Shown: positions 1 to 8,698 of the stretch, one piece after another
Position numbering within the stretch: position 1 is the first letter of the stretch
How the letters are laid out: the number at the start of each line of letters is the position of its first letter
Virus record (IMG/VR): IMGVR_UViG_3300007734_000761
Coordinates: 64,001-128,000 of that record
Origin: a virus
Strand: one strand, 5' to 3'
Length of the DNA: 64,000 nucleotides
The notes under the pieces: model-generated
Databases searched by the model: none
What the model was told of the DNA's origin: nothing
The model's input: the letters and a program-made list of their open reading frames with translations, nothing else
Program-made: the position numbers and the translations under genes

Positions 1-1
1 G

Positions 2-1105
2 TGCTTCAGTTAATGCCTGTACGTTGCCTCCATTAGCATACATAAACAATTCTAAATAATCTCCAGCTGTTAAATTAACTACAAAATTCCAAGCAGCAAC
101 GTGTTTATCGTTAGCATTTTGTAAATATACACCAGTGTTGGTATAAGTTTGATTTACTCCATTCTTAGCTATCCATAAATAAGCTGTACGTGATCCTCCA
201 CCTGAAGCTGCTACTTGAACCGAGAATTGAAAATTATACGTTCCTGTTCTAGTTACAGTCATCCTAGAATTGTTAGGTGCAATACCTAAAGTAACTCCAT
301 CTGTAATATCAGTGGTATTAAAAGTTAATGATCCAGAAGTATTTTGAGCAATTGTTTGAGTAGTTCTATCAGAAAATGCCCCAACAGACAAATTTGAAAC
401 TCCGTTGCTTGCATAAGAAGCTGTTATAGCATAACTAGCTGATGTGGCATATGATGCAGTTCCATTTAAACTACCAGATAATGATCCTGTAATTGATGTA
501 AATACTCCTTTTGAAGCAGATAATGTCAAACTAATTCCATGTAATATATTTGTTGATGGGTTGTAGTAAGGACCATTAGAATCATCTGCTGCTAATTGAT
601 AATAATTATTTAAAGCACCACTTGAATTTTTAAATACTAAATTATAATCGGTATTTGTAGAACTATTTTGAGCTACATAAATGTAACTAGCAGAAGTTGA
701 AGCAGAAGCATAACTAGCTGAAATTGAACTAGTAGTAACATAAATAGAAGATGTAATAGCATTAGCTGCCCAAGAAGCTGTTCCTAAAAATCCAACTCCA
801 GGATAACTTGATATTACTTGGCCACTAAAATTAGCCATACTACCTGTTAAACTTCCAGAAATTCCTACATTAGACGTAAATGTTTGTGGTTGAGTGAAAG
901 TATTAGTTGAACCTGTGTAAGCAGCTCCTTTAATTACTTCTATAGTTTGATAACTGGCTGAGTTTAAACCATACCAGTTGTAGTCCATATTGCTGAAGGT
1001 TAATTGTCCATCAGAACCACTACCGGGTGCGTTAAAGCCATTATACCAAGGACTTATTTCTTGTCTAAAAAGTAAACTTGCTGTATTTGGGAAAGAAACT
1101 GACAT
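2..1105 (-). CDS. Ser/Thr-rich virion fibre/appendage protein with C-terminal C1q/BclA-like domain (runs off window edge)
   Basis: Not in the ORF track; translated by hand from ATG 1105: MSVSFPNTASLLFRQEISPW...TASWAANA...SASYA repeats, then TGTYNFQFSVQ...YLWIAKNG...LTAGDYLELFM (C1q/TNF-like pattern). ATATTTAT motif upstream. Confidence 0.65.
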   Translation of the reverse strand, partial: MSVSFPNTASLLFRQEISPWYNGFNAPGSGSDGQLTFSNMDYNWYGLNSASYQTIEVIKGAAYTGSTNTFTQPQTFTSNVGISGSLTGSMANFSGQVISSYPGVGFLGTASWAANAITSSIYVTTSSISASYASASTSASYIYVAQNSSTNTDYNLVFKNSSGALNNYYQLAADDSNGPYYNPSTNILHGISLTLSASKGVFTSITGSLSGSLNGTASYATSASYAITASYASNGVSNLSVGAFSDRTTQTIAQNTSGSLTFNTTDITDGVTLGIAPNNSRMTVTRTGTYNFQFSVQVAASGGGSRTAYLWIAKNGVNQTYTNTGVYLQNANDKHVAAWNFVVNLTAGDYLELFMYANGGNVQALTEA

Positions 1106-1120
1106 AATATAGTATAAATA

Positions 1121-2167
1121 TTACACTATTAGTAGTTTCTCTACTTCTTTTATAGCTTGTTGTTTTGTTGTTTTAATTATTGTTTCTTCAATAATACCTG
1201 TGGCAATACAAAACTCATAAAATTCATCTACTTGTTCTTCATTAATATTAATATTATTAATTTTTATTAAAGATAATATTTGATTTTTATGAGGTATTGT
1301 GCTTCCTTTTTTACGATTATTATAAACAAAATTTAATAGCTTATATCTAGTTTCTATTGAAGGCTTATCATGTAAAAGATACTTCATTTCCATGTAACTA
1401 CCTATAATAAAATATCCGTGAAAACCAACACCAATTAAAATAATAAATTCTAAGAAAAATGTCATAAACACAAAAGCCATATCATTTTCTTTATTTTTAC
1501 TTAACTGAGTGTCTTGTTTAGCTCCTAATTTAATTTGGAGTGAGCTATCAACTAATTTTATTTTTTGGTCTCTTTCGTTTTCTAATTGTTTAATTTGTAA
1601 TTCATATTTACTAATAAGTTTTCTCTGTGCTCTATTATAAGTACCATTAGTGTCTGATTTTGTTAAAACCTTATCTAACTGTGATTGGTAAACCACTATT
1701 TTTTTATTGTATGGTTGAGCGATTGAGTCTAATGTTAATGACTGTTTAGTTTCAGTAGTAGATGTGATTGATTCTGTATTATCTATCAATCGATGAGCTC
1801 CATTTAAACTTAAATAAAAACTACCTGCTATTAAACCTATACAAACTAAAGCACCTAAAAATGTATTTACGGTTGGTTTTTTAGCTTTTAATACAGCAAT
1901 TACTAACTGTTCTAAAGCATATCGTTTAAACAATTCATATCCTGTTAAAAATAAAGCAACAAAAATTCCAAAGAATAAAGTTTGATTTGAAAACAATGGA
2001 GGAATTGAATCTGTTACATTCTTGATAAAGAAAAATCCAAATAAAATAAGAAAAATATTGCCTAAGAAGCTAAAATAATACAATACCTCTTTTAAGGTAT
2101 TAAAACTACTTTGAAAGGGTTGAATTTCTAGTTGATTTTTAAGTTTAAAGTATTTACTTAACTTCAT
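1121..2167 (-). CDS. Membrane protein with several TM helices and a central coiled coil
   Basis: 348-aa ORF; three N-terminal hydrophobic segments, Q/K/L/E coiled-coil region, further TM segment (MAFVFMTFFLEFIILIGVGF). Confidence 0.6.
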   Translation of the reverse strand: MKLSKYFKLKNQLEIQPFQSSFNTLKEVLYYFSFLGNIFLILFGFFFIKNVTDSIPPLFSNQTLFFGIFVALFLTGYELFKRYALEQLVIAVLKAKKPTVNTFLGALVCIGLIAGSFYLSLNGAHRLIDNTESITSTTETKQSLTLDSIAQPYNKKIVVYQSQLDKVLTKSDTNGTYNRAQRKLISKYELQIKQLENERDQKIKLVDSSLQIKLGAKQDTQLSKNKENDMAFVFMTFFLEFIILIGVGFHGYFIIGSYMEMKYLLHDKPSIETRYKLLNFVYNNRKKGSTIPHKNQILSLIKINNININEEQVDEFYEFCIATGIIEETIIKTTKQQAIKEVEKLLIV

Positions 2168-2340
2168 TTAAATTTGAATTTTTTATTTAGGTTCTTTTTT
2201 CTACGTGTGCACCCACAATCACGTTTTAAAATCTTAGTAAAAAACCAGTTTGTTAGAAGGTCTAGTTTAGTGTAAAAAGTAATCATAGCAATAAAATCAC
2301 CTAAACCTTCTAACTTTTGACCTGGTTTGTACCGTTCCAT
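2164..2340 (-). CDS. Small hypothetical protein (GLGD...CGC..RK..LN motif), 58 aa
   Basis: Hand translation MERYKPGQKLEGLGDFIAMITFYTKLDLLTNWFFTKILKRDCGCTRRKKNLNKKFKFK; ATGA overlap with next gene; ATATTTAT motif upstream. Confidence 0.7.
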   Translation of the reverse strand: MERYKPGQKLEGLGDFIAMITFYTKLDLLTNWFFTKILKRDCGCTRRKKNLNKKFKFK

Positions 2341-2353
2341 TTTGTGATAAATA

Positions 2354-2848
2354 TCAATAATTTGTCACTCCTTGGAACTGACCGTTGTACAGCTCATCTG
2401 GGATTGGGTTTTTGATCATATAAAATTGACCAACTCGAGCGTTTTGTTCGATAAGAATCATGTCTGAATCTACGAACATGGTAGTTCCCATTACATCGGT
2501 TTCGAATCCTGGGTCCCAGATGGGGCTATTGATTTTGGCTCCACCTCGATAAATCGAGGAACGAGATGTAATAAATCCAGTAGCATTTTCTGGAATTTTT
2601 ACTCCCTCGTTAAAAGTAAGGGCATAAACACCTTTGGGGAGGCGATAAAAATCCTTACCATCAATTTTAGTTGTTTTTACTTCTTCAAAGTTATTAGGGT
2701 CTACAACAGTTTTGTCTTTGTAAACTACAACTCCTCCAAAGATTCGCTCAACTTTAGCGACTGACAAATCTACACCTACCTGATTAATTTTGTGATAATC
2801 AGTTGTCAGTTTTAGGTGTGGTTCTATTTGTTTTCCTGTAAGCAACAT
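2354..2848 (-). CDS. dut: Trimeric dUTPase / dCTP deaminase-family protein
   Basis: Motifs GVDL, SRSSIYRGG, WDPGF, RVGQF, C-terminal YNGQFQG; start moved to MLLTGKQ (2848) to avoid the folE overlap. Confidence 0.75.
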   Translation of the reverse strand: MLLTGKQIEPHLKLTTDYHKINQVGVDLSVAKVERIFGGVVVYKDKTVVDPNNFEEVKTTKIDGKDFYRLPKGVYALTFNEGVKIPENATGFITSRSSIYRGGAKINSPIWDPGFETDVMGTTMFVDSDMILIEQNARVGQFYMIKNPIPDELYNGQFQGVTNY

Positions 2849-2852
2849 ATTC

Positions 2853-3545
2853 TTAGATTTGGTGTCCTCCGTTATTGATTTTAATTGAATCGAAGAACTC
2901 TTTACGTGCTTGATTAGCATTATCCATAAACACTCCACTTGCTTTAGTAGTAACCATAGAAGCACCTTGGTGTTTAACACCTCTACATGATACACAGTTG
3001 TGGCTCGCAACAATTGTTACAATAACACCACGATTACCTTCACAAATTTTGTCTACTGCTTGGTGAATTGCTGCAGTAAGTTGTTCTTGAATAGCACCTC
3101 TACGTCCGAAATGTTCTACAATGCGGTTCAATTTACTCAAACCAATAACACTTCCACCTTCACCTACTACATAACCAATATGAACTACACCTCCAATTGT
3201 TTGGTGGTGATGTGAACACATTGAAGTAAGAGGAATGTTACGTTCAATAACAATACCATCATAACCATCACTAGGAAAAGCTGTAATATCTGTCATGCTA
3301 TCGTAACGTCCTTTCCACAAGTCAAACACGTAAGCTTTAGCTACACGACGAGGTGTGTCTTGTGAGTTTGGATCATTACGCCAATCACATTTTAAAGCAT
3401 CAAGAAATTTACCATATGCTTCTGCTGCTTCATCTACCATTGACCATTTTTCTTTTTCGGTAAATGGATAACCTGGGGCAACTCCATTGGCATAACCCAT
3501 TTTTACAACTTCTAAATTTAATCGTAAACCTTCTTTATTTATCAT
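2853..3545 (-). CDS. folE: GTP cyclohydrolase I
   Basis: DTPRRVAK, SMCSHH, GLSKLNRIV, QEQLT, HNCVSCRGV signature motifs. Confidence 0.95.
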   Translation of the reverse strand: MINKEGLRLNLEVVKMGYANGVAPGYPFTEKEKWSMVDEAAEAYGKFLDALKCDWRNDPNSQDTPRRVAKAYVFDLWKGRYDSMTDITAFPSDGYDGIVIERNIPLTSMCSHHHQTIGGVVHIGYVVGEGGSVIGLSKLNRIVEHFGRRGAIQEQLTAAIHQAVDKICEGNRGVIVTIVASHNCVSCRGVKHQGASMVTTKASGVFMDNANQARKEFFDSIKINNGGHQI

Positions 3546-3720
3546 TGTCTTTATTTTTTTCTTCTAATTTTATAAATTGTTTAGCGGTTGCAGAAGCAAC
3601 TACTGCTATCTGTAACCAAACTGCTTTTATTTCATCTTGTAACTTATTAATAGTATAATGAAGATAAGCTATTGAACCAAGTAAAATAATTCCTATTAAT
3701 ACTAAAATTTCTTCTGTCAT
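3535..3720 (-). CDS. Small membrane-anchored hypothetical protein
   Basis: 61 aa, N-terminal hydrophobic helix, overlaps both neighbours. Confidence 0.6.
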   Translation of the reverse strand: MTEEILVLIGIILLGSIAYLHYTINKLQDEIKAVWLQIAVVASATAKQFIKLEEKNKDNDK

Positions 3721-4118
3721 AATTTTGATTCTGGGGTTTTAAACATTCTTTTTACTTGTTCTGAAATTGGAATAGGCATACCTTCCTCATCTACTCTTAC
3801 AAATGTCATATTGGTTGCAAGTAATACACTTTCATCTCCTCTAAATACGTTATATGCTCTTGCTTCAACATTAAATGTTGCTGATGTATTTCCTATTTTT
3901 ATCATTTTAGCATAAATTTTTACTAATTGTTTTTCTTTAGCAGGTTTTTTAAATACACATTGATCAAGAGCAATTGTAATCATATTTTGTGATCTGCAAT
4001 TTTCCATTGCGTAAGCGGCTAAAGCGGCATCTACCCAGCTAAGCAATTTGCCGCCGAATAGATTGCCGTGAAAGCCTAAATCTGATTTTTTAACTGGGTG
4101 TGTTACAAGTAAGTCCAT
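3717..4118 (-). CDS. Hotdog-fold acyl-CoA thioesterase (YciA-like)
   Basis: DLGFHGNLFGGKLLSWVD, FKKP, IGNTS, MTFVRVDEEG.P.PI motifs. Confidence 0.85.
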   Translation of the reverse strand: MDLLVTHPVKKSDLGFHGNLFGGKLLSWVDAALAAYAMENCRSQNMITIALDQCVFKKPAKEKQLVKIYAKMIKIGNTSATFNVEARAYNVFRGDESVLLATNMTFVRVDEEGMPIPISEQVKRMFKTPESKL

Positions 4119-4909
4119 CAGACAGCACGCTTTTGATCATAGGCAATGATGTGATCACGACCTGTCCAATTATATCCTTCTCTCATACACATTTCAATTG
4201 AAATAGGATACATTTCAATTAATGTTTCTCTTGTATCACCAGCAGGCATAACCCAAGTTTTTGACTTTGGAATTTCTAACGCTAATCTGAATTTTTCAAT
4301 TTCTTTCAAATTTTCTTCAGTACCATCCCAAACTGGTTTAAAATGGTAATCACTATGATAGTCAATCATTTGTTTAATTGCTACGTAATCTAACCTGTGT
4401 TTATTGTGTTGATCAATCATTTTTTGATCTACTAATTTTCCCATAGGCGTTTCAACTCCAATTTTAGGAACACTATTACTAAATTTAGGACTTAAACTAA
4501 TCAAACCAATAGGATAATCAGTTGCTACAAAGTGACTACCTTCAGTTTCAATAGTAATAAAAATACCTCTTTCATTAGCAAAATGTGTAAGTTCGTTACA
4601 CAAATCAGGTTGCATAGTAGGTGAACCACCAGTCAACATCATTTCTTTAATGTGTGGATTTTCATCATACATTTTAATAATGTCATTGAAACAATAAATA
4701 CCTTTTTCAGGGTGAATACTTGTGTACCAAGAATCACACCATCCACCTTCACCAAACCAACATCTGTGAGTGCAGCCTGTTGTGCGAATAGCAATTGTTG
4801 GTCTTCCTTGTCTACTACCCTCGCTTTGAACGCAAGGATAAATTTCTAACAAAGGTAATTTTTTACTATAATCAGTAATACGTCCTGGTTTTTTAAAATC
4901 TGTTGCCAT
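4118..4909 (-). CDS. queE: 7-carboxy-7-deazaguanine synthase (radical SAM)
   Basis: VQSEG, RTTGCTHRC...WCDS cysteine motif with insertion, LTGGSP, TIETEG, LSPK; next to queD and folE. Confidence 0.9.
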   Translation of the reverse strand: MATDFKKPGRITDYSKKLPLLEIYPCVQSEGSRQGRPTIAIRTTGCTHRCWFGEGGWCDSWYTSIHPEKGIYCFNDIIKMYDENPHIKEMMLTGGSPTMQPDLCNELTHFANERGIFITIETEGSHFVATDYPIGLISLSPKFSNSVPKIGVETPMGKLVDQKMIDQHNKHRLDYVAIKQMIDYHSDYHFKPVWDGTEENLKEIEKFRLALEIPKSKTWVMPAGDTRETLIEMYPISIEMCMREGYNWTGRDHIIAYDQKRAV

Positions 4910-5421
4910 TAAAATTCGTAATTTGAGTTTGATTTGTATTCAAGTGATTGGTAATCTTTTTCTTCAAAGCTAGCTGAGTTACGTTCGTGTTCGTAAACTT
5001 CTACTTTACTTGCTTTTACTCGACCACCTGTTTCTTCTCTTAAGAATCTATTGATTTTGTAATACAAGAATTCAGCAAATCGTTCACAACCTACAGCAGG
5101 AACAATACGCAATTGAATTACTCCATCTTCATCCATTTTTTTAAATGTTTCCATGTATGGATCATCCATAGCTACAATTGTTGTGTGATCTAGCAACCAA
5201 GCAAAGTAATCTTTAGGCATTAATCCATCAATAGTATGAGTTGCTCGTTTCATTCCACCAAAATCCCAAACCCAGTTTCTATGATCTAATTCACCTTCAA
5301 ACCATACTCTAAAACTAACTGCATATCCATGCAAGAACCTACAATGAGTTCCTTCTGCTTTCCATTGACGGAAACAAGCTGAGTATCCATCAAATAATTT
5401 CGTTGATTTAAATATTTTCAT
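4909..5421 (-). CDS. queD: 6-carboxy-5,6,7,8-tetrahydropterin synthase
   Basis: HCRFLHGY, WVWDFG, LDHT, GCE, VYEHERNSA motifs of PTPS/QueD. Confidence 0.9.
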   Translation of the reverse strand: MKIFKSTKLFDGYSACFRQWKAEGTHCRFLHGYAVSFRVWFEGELDHRNWVWDFGGMKRATHTIDGLMPKDYFAWLLDHTTIVAMDDPYMETFKKMDEDGVIQLRIVPAVGCERFAEFLYYKINRFLREETGGRVKASKVEVYEHERNSASFEEKDYQSLEYKSNSNYEF

Positions 5422-5427
5422 GTTAAT

Positions 5428-5456
5428 AATATAATAAAAATTTTATTAAAGCCCAA
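5428..5456 (-). promoter_or_regulatory. Class A promoter TTGGGC-N17-TATATT, probably leaderless
   Basis: One of seven TTGGnn-N17-TA(T/C)A(A/T/C)T sites; -10 box 6 nt before the queD ATG. Confidence 0.6.
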
Positions 5457-6063
5457 AAGCTTCAATTGTGTATTTAAATGGATTACCTTCAATATTTTTT
5501 ACTAAGTCTAACATTTGTTGTGCTAATTCTCTTACTTCAACTTGAGCATGTTCGCTGTTTCTTAATTGTTGAAAGTGCGCGAAACTACGCCAGTTAAACA
5601 TTACATCCATAGTAATTTGACTATTGAATGTTTTGAAAAAACGGGCAGATTCTTTCGCGCGCTTCCTACCTAATATAGGTGTAAGTTCTTCTAACGCTTG
5701 ATGGTAATATTGATTTGCTTGTTCTGTAAATGATATTAGCTTGTCAATCCAATCTTGTGGCCAGTCTTGTGGAATAAAAGTTTTATCTTCTTTTAGTTCT
5801 TTATATCGAGCACTTTCACCATTAATTGATACTCCAATTCTGTGTTTTAACAAATGAATGTGAGTTGCTTGATCTACATTTACTAAAAAATGTAAGCTAC
5901 TTTTTTCAAAGGGGGTGTGATGTCCTTCTGTTGCTAACATTGTTAATAACTTAGGAATACGGTCAATTTTTTCTTGTGATAAGTTTCGTGATGTTGAAGT
6001 CCACGCACTGCTAGCGTGGACTGAGTCATCACCATAATATCCTAATAATTCTACTTGGTTCAT
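5446..6063 (-). CDS. thyX: Flavin-dependent thymidylate synthase
   Basis: GHHTPFE, KHR..S..ESARY, NWRSFAHF..LR...HAQVEVRELA. Confidence 0.9.
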   Translation of the reverse strand: MNQVELLGYYGDDSVHASSAWTSTSRNLSQEKIDRIPKLLTMLATEGHHTPFEKSSLHFLVNVDQATHIHLLKHRIGVSINGESARYKELKEDKTFIPQDWPQDWIDKLISFTEQANQYYHQALEELTPILGRKRAKESARFFKTFNSQITMDVMFNWRSFAHFQQLRNSEHAQVEVRELAQQMLDLVKNIEGNPFKYTIEAFGL

Positions 6064-6563
6064 TTGTAATAAATTGCTTTTTGATGTCTATTTCCTCCAT
6101 TTTCGTCATCCATACCGTAGCCTATGTACCAATAATCTTCATTAGAAACAGTCATGACACACATTTCGTCTTTGTATTTTTCGTTGTATTTTTTTAAAGC
6201 AAAAATACCTTCTACTGATTTTGCACCTTTATATTCATAATGAACTTTTAAGTACTCATAAGTAATACCTGTATCTAAAATATCATCAATTAAATACACA
6301 TGACGATCTTTTACGTCTACTCTACTGTCTAACAACATTTTAAAGCCTGTGTTTTCTGTGCCTGTATAAGATTTACAGTTTACAAAATCACAAATTATAT
6401 TCATGTTTTGAAGTTCTTCAAGTAAATCAGTATAAAACATAAATCCACCTCTCATTACTCCAATCATTATTAGAGGCTCTTGAGTAGAGTGACGAGTCAT
6501 AAGCTTTTCAGCTATCTTCATCACTCCCGCTCGTATTTGGTAAGGGGTAAGTAAAGTTTTCAT
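6060..6563 (-). CDS. hpt: Purine phosphoribosyltransferase (HPRT-like)
   Basis: PRPP loop VYLIDDILDTGIT, GVMRGGFMFYTDL, IGYGMD; start MKTLLT at 6563 (ATGA overlap). Confidence 0.85.
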   Translation of the reverse strand: MKTLLTPYQIRAGVMKIAEKLMTRHSTQEPLIMIGVMRGGFMFYTDLLEELQNMNIICDFVNCKSYTGTENTGFKMLLDSRVDVKDRHVYLIDDILDTGITYEYLKVHYEYKGAKSVEGIFALKKYNEKYKDEMCVMTVSNEDYWYIGYGMDDENGGNRHQKAIYYK

Positions 6564-6715
6564 ACTAATTCTTCCCAAATTCCAATTGCTTCGCTTGCAA
6601 TTAGAGTAAGTGCTGCTACTTCAACATCCCAGAACAAAAAGATATAACCTAATATTCTGACTGCTGATTTAATAAAACTAATTTGTTGATGTTTAATTGG
6701 ATCTGGATGTTTCAT
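6560..6715 (-). CDS. Small membrane protein, 51 aa
   Basis: Hand translation MKHPDPIKHQQISFIKSAVRILGYIFLFWDVEVAALTLIASEAIGIWEELV; fills the queC-hpt gap and overlaps both. Confidence 0.7.
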   Translation of the reverse strand: MKHPDPIKHQQISFIKSAVRILGYIFLFWDVEVAALTLIASEAIGIWEELV

Positions 6716-7571
6716 GTTCTTCTAATATTTGTTTTACGTATTCTACAACATAGTCCCAACCTACAGGGCCAAATTCATCTGCATAATTAACAGGATCTCT
6801 ACGACCTAACTTCATAAAAGCTTCAACACGTTCTACTGATGAAGCAGACTTATAATCGCTAAACCATTCTGTAGATGACAAAGTTTCACCACTCTTATCT
6901 TCCCAATAAATTGTATGTTGAATAGGCTTGTAAGATGTGTTTGTTCTTGAGTACACTTTATCAAAATTCAAGTGTAAAAATTCACAGCACCTCAAACCAT
7001 CTTTTAAAATACCAGCTTTATCATCATTAAGATAAGGAGTATAATACTTGACACGATTAGCATCCCAGTTACCAGCACAAAAAGCATCGTAATCAATATC
7101 TCGAAACTCCTGACGACAGTCCGGATAAATGGCATGATCCCCTGCATGGATGCCCATAGCGATTTCAACTTCTGTATTTTTTTCATTTGCTATACTTAAT
7201 GCTACTGATTGGATAATTGAACTAAAAATTTTGTTTCTGTTAGGTACTACTGTTGCTTTCATGTTTTCTTCAGCATAGTGACCTTCAGGAACTTCTGCTC
7301 CTCCGGTTACAAGTGCTGAACTAATTAATTGGCTTAAACCATCAAGTTTAATTACTTGATATTTAACTTTTGGATAATAGTACTCATCTTCATATCGAGA
7401 ATGAGAATTAATGTAGTTGACTAGTGCTTGAGCACGTTCAAGTTCAACTCTATGTTTTTGTCCATAATCAAAAGACAGTGCTGTTACTTCATAGCTCTCG
7501 GCAAGTAGATGGAGTAACAATGTGGAGCTGTCCATTCCTCCACTTAGTGATAAAACTGCTTGTTTATTCAT
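6693..7571 (-). CDS. queC: 7-cyano-7-deazaguanine (preQ0) synthase
   Basis: SLSGGMDSS PP-loop, FDYGQKH, VVPNRN, HAGDHAIYPDCR. Confidence 0.93.
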   Translation of the reverse strand: MNKQAVLSLSGGMDSSTLLLHLLAESYEVTALSFDYGQKHRVELERAQALVNYINSHSRYEDEYYYPKVKYQVIKLDGLSQLISSALVTGGAEVPEGHYAEENMKATVVPNRNKIFSSIIQSVALSIANEKNTEVEIAMGIHAGDHAIYPDCRQEFRDIDYDAFCAGNWDANRVKYYTPYLNDDKAGILKDGLRCCEFLHLNFDKVYSRTNTSYKPIQHTIYWEDKSGETLSSTEWFSDYKSASSVERVEAFMKLGRRDPVNYADEFGPVGWDYVVEYVKQILEEHETSRSN

Positions 7572-8002
7572 TATAATCTTATTGTTCTTAATGTTTTAAT
7601 AATAATATCTTCAGGTTCCAATTCACTTACTTCTGGATCTTTACTAGCGGCATAATCAATGCTTCCTTGTGTTTTTGTTTCAACCCAAAATACTTTTACC
7701 ATTTTACTTTTAATGATTGATCCTTCGTCGTTTCTTATAACTTTGATTACTGCTACTTCATGCTGGAATGTTTTTCCTTCTGATTCACTGTAGTCATGAG
7801 TTAGTGGAATATCTGTAAATTTTACTTTTGCTGGTTCAGGTTGAATATAACTTGAGGTACCTGGTGTTGATTGCCAGGGATTTATTTGTGTTAATGAATT
7901 GCCATTTATCCAACAAGCACCTGTTGTTGTAATACCAATGTTTCCTCCTGTTGTAGTAATTTGTCCTATTGGTGGATTTGGTGTTGTTAATGATGTTGCC
8001 AT
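7571..8002 (-). CDS. Hypothetical protein
   Basis: 143-aa ORF, tightly packed with neighbours. Confidence 0.6.
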   Translation of the reverse strand: MATSLTTPNPPIGQITTTGGNIGITTTGACWINGNSLTQINPWQSTPGTSSYIQPEPAKVKFTDIPLTHDYSESEGKTFQHEVAVIKVIRNDEGSIIKSKMVKVFWVETKTQGSIDYAASKDPEVSELEPEDIIIKTLRTIRL

Positions 8003-8003
8003 T

Positions 8004-8255
8004 TTAAATTCGATTTGCTTTACTTAAAAGACTAAAATACATGTGAACTATTTTACCTTTACCTGGTGAAGGTTCTGTTGAGCGTCCTAAAAACTCATTC
8101 ATAAGATTTTCAAAACTAGACATTTGATCTTTATTAGTATAATCAACATTTTCTAACATTCCAAGTGCTAGTTTTCTACTTTCTACATCTGGTGATATCA
8201 ACATTGACATCAAGGTGTCCCACATGTCTTCATCAAAGATTGTTCTGTTCTCCAT
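8004..8255 (-). CDS. Hypothetical protein
   Basis: 83-aa ORF, tight operon packing. Confidence 0.6.
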   Translation of the reverse strand: MENRTIFDEDMWDTLMSMLISPDVESRKLALGMLENVDYTNKDQMSSFENLMNEFLGRSTEPSPGKGKIVHMYFSLLSKANRI

Positions 8256-8439
8256 CGTTAAAATACTTGTCTAAAAAACTTTTTGGGTACATCATAATTT
8301 TTCCCTTGTATTTAGGGTTACTAACTTCTTTCATTACAACTGGTATTTTATTTGTTTTAGCAAGGTTATTTACTGCTGCTCCAAGTTCTCTGCCAGCTGC
8401 TTTTCCTAAATAATCGTATAGACTTAACATTTCTTCCAT
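8233..8439 (-). CDS. Hypothetical protein (SLYDYLG.AAG...YP..FL)
   Basis: Start reassigned to MEEML at 8439, just after the terminator/promoter. Confidence 0.65.
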   Translation of the reverse strand: MEEMLSLYDYLGKAAGRELGAAVNNLAKTNKIPVVMKEVSNPKYKGKIMMYPKSFLDKYFNDGEQNNL

Positions 8440-8445
8440 ACACAT

Positions 8446-8478
8446 AGTGTAAAAAAAGGGTTGGTAAAAACCAACCCC
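8446..8478 (-). terminator. Intrinsic terminator overlapping a class A promoter (TTGGTT-N17-TACACT)
   Basis: Minus strand GGGTTGGT-TTTT-ACCAACCC followed by T7. Confidence 0.7.
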
Positions 8479-8500
8479 TTTAAGTCGAACCAAAGTTAAT

Positions 8501-8695
8501 TTAGAAACCTTTAGTAGCTGTACCTGCTTCAATAGCTGCTAATGCTTTAGCTTCAGACAAAATAGTTGACATTTTGTTTCCGCTTGCATTTACACCTTTA
8601 GCAATGTATCCACCACGCTTGGTTTTTTCAATTGTAACTTCTGTGAAGGGAACATCCTTTTGTTTAGCCTTCAAATCATATGCTGTAAGAATCAT
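8501..8695 (-). CDS. Small basic protein, cysteine-free DUF5679-like
   Basis: AYDLKAK...TKRGGYIAKG....GNKMSTI resembles the AYCVKC...KNGR..KG.C..CG.KM pattern. Confidence 0.5.
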   Translation of the reverse strand: MILTAYDLKAKQKDVPFTEVTIEKTKRGGYIAKGVNASGNKMSTILSEAKALAAIEAGTATKGF

Positions 8696-8698
8696 ATT

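Noticed and set aside
2849-3013. Long N-terminal extensions in the ORF track (dut; likewise the 8532, 17134, 18452, 36651 and 62693 starts)
   Set aside because: They overlap upstream genes or cross terminator/promoter elements; downstream ATGs fit better.
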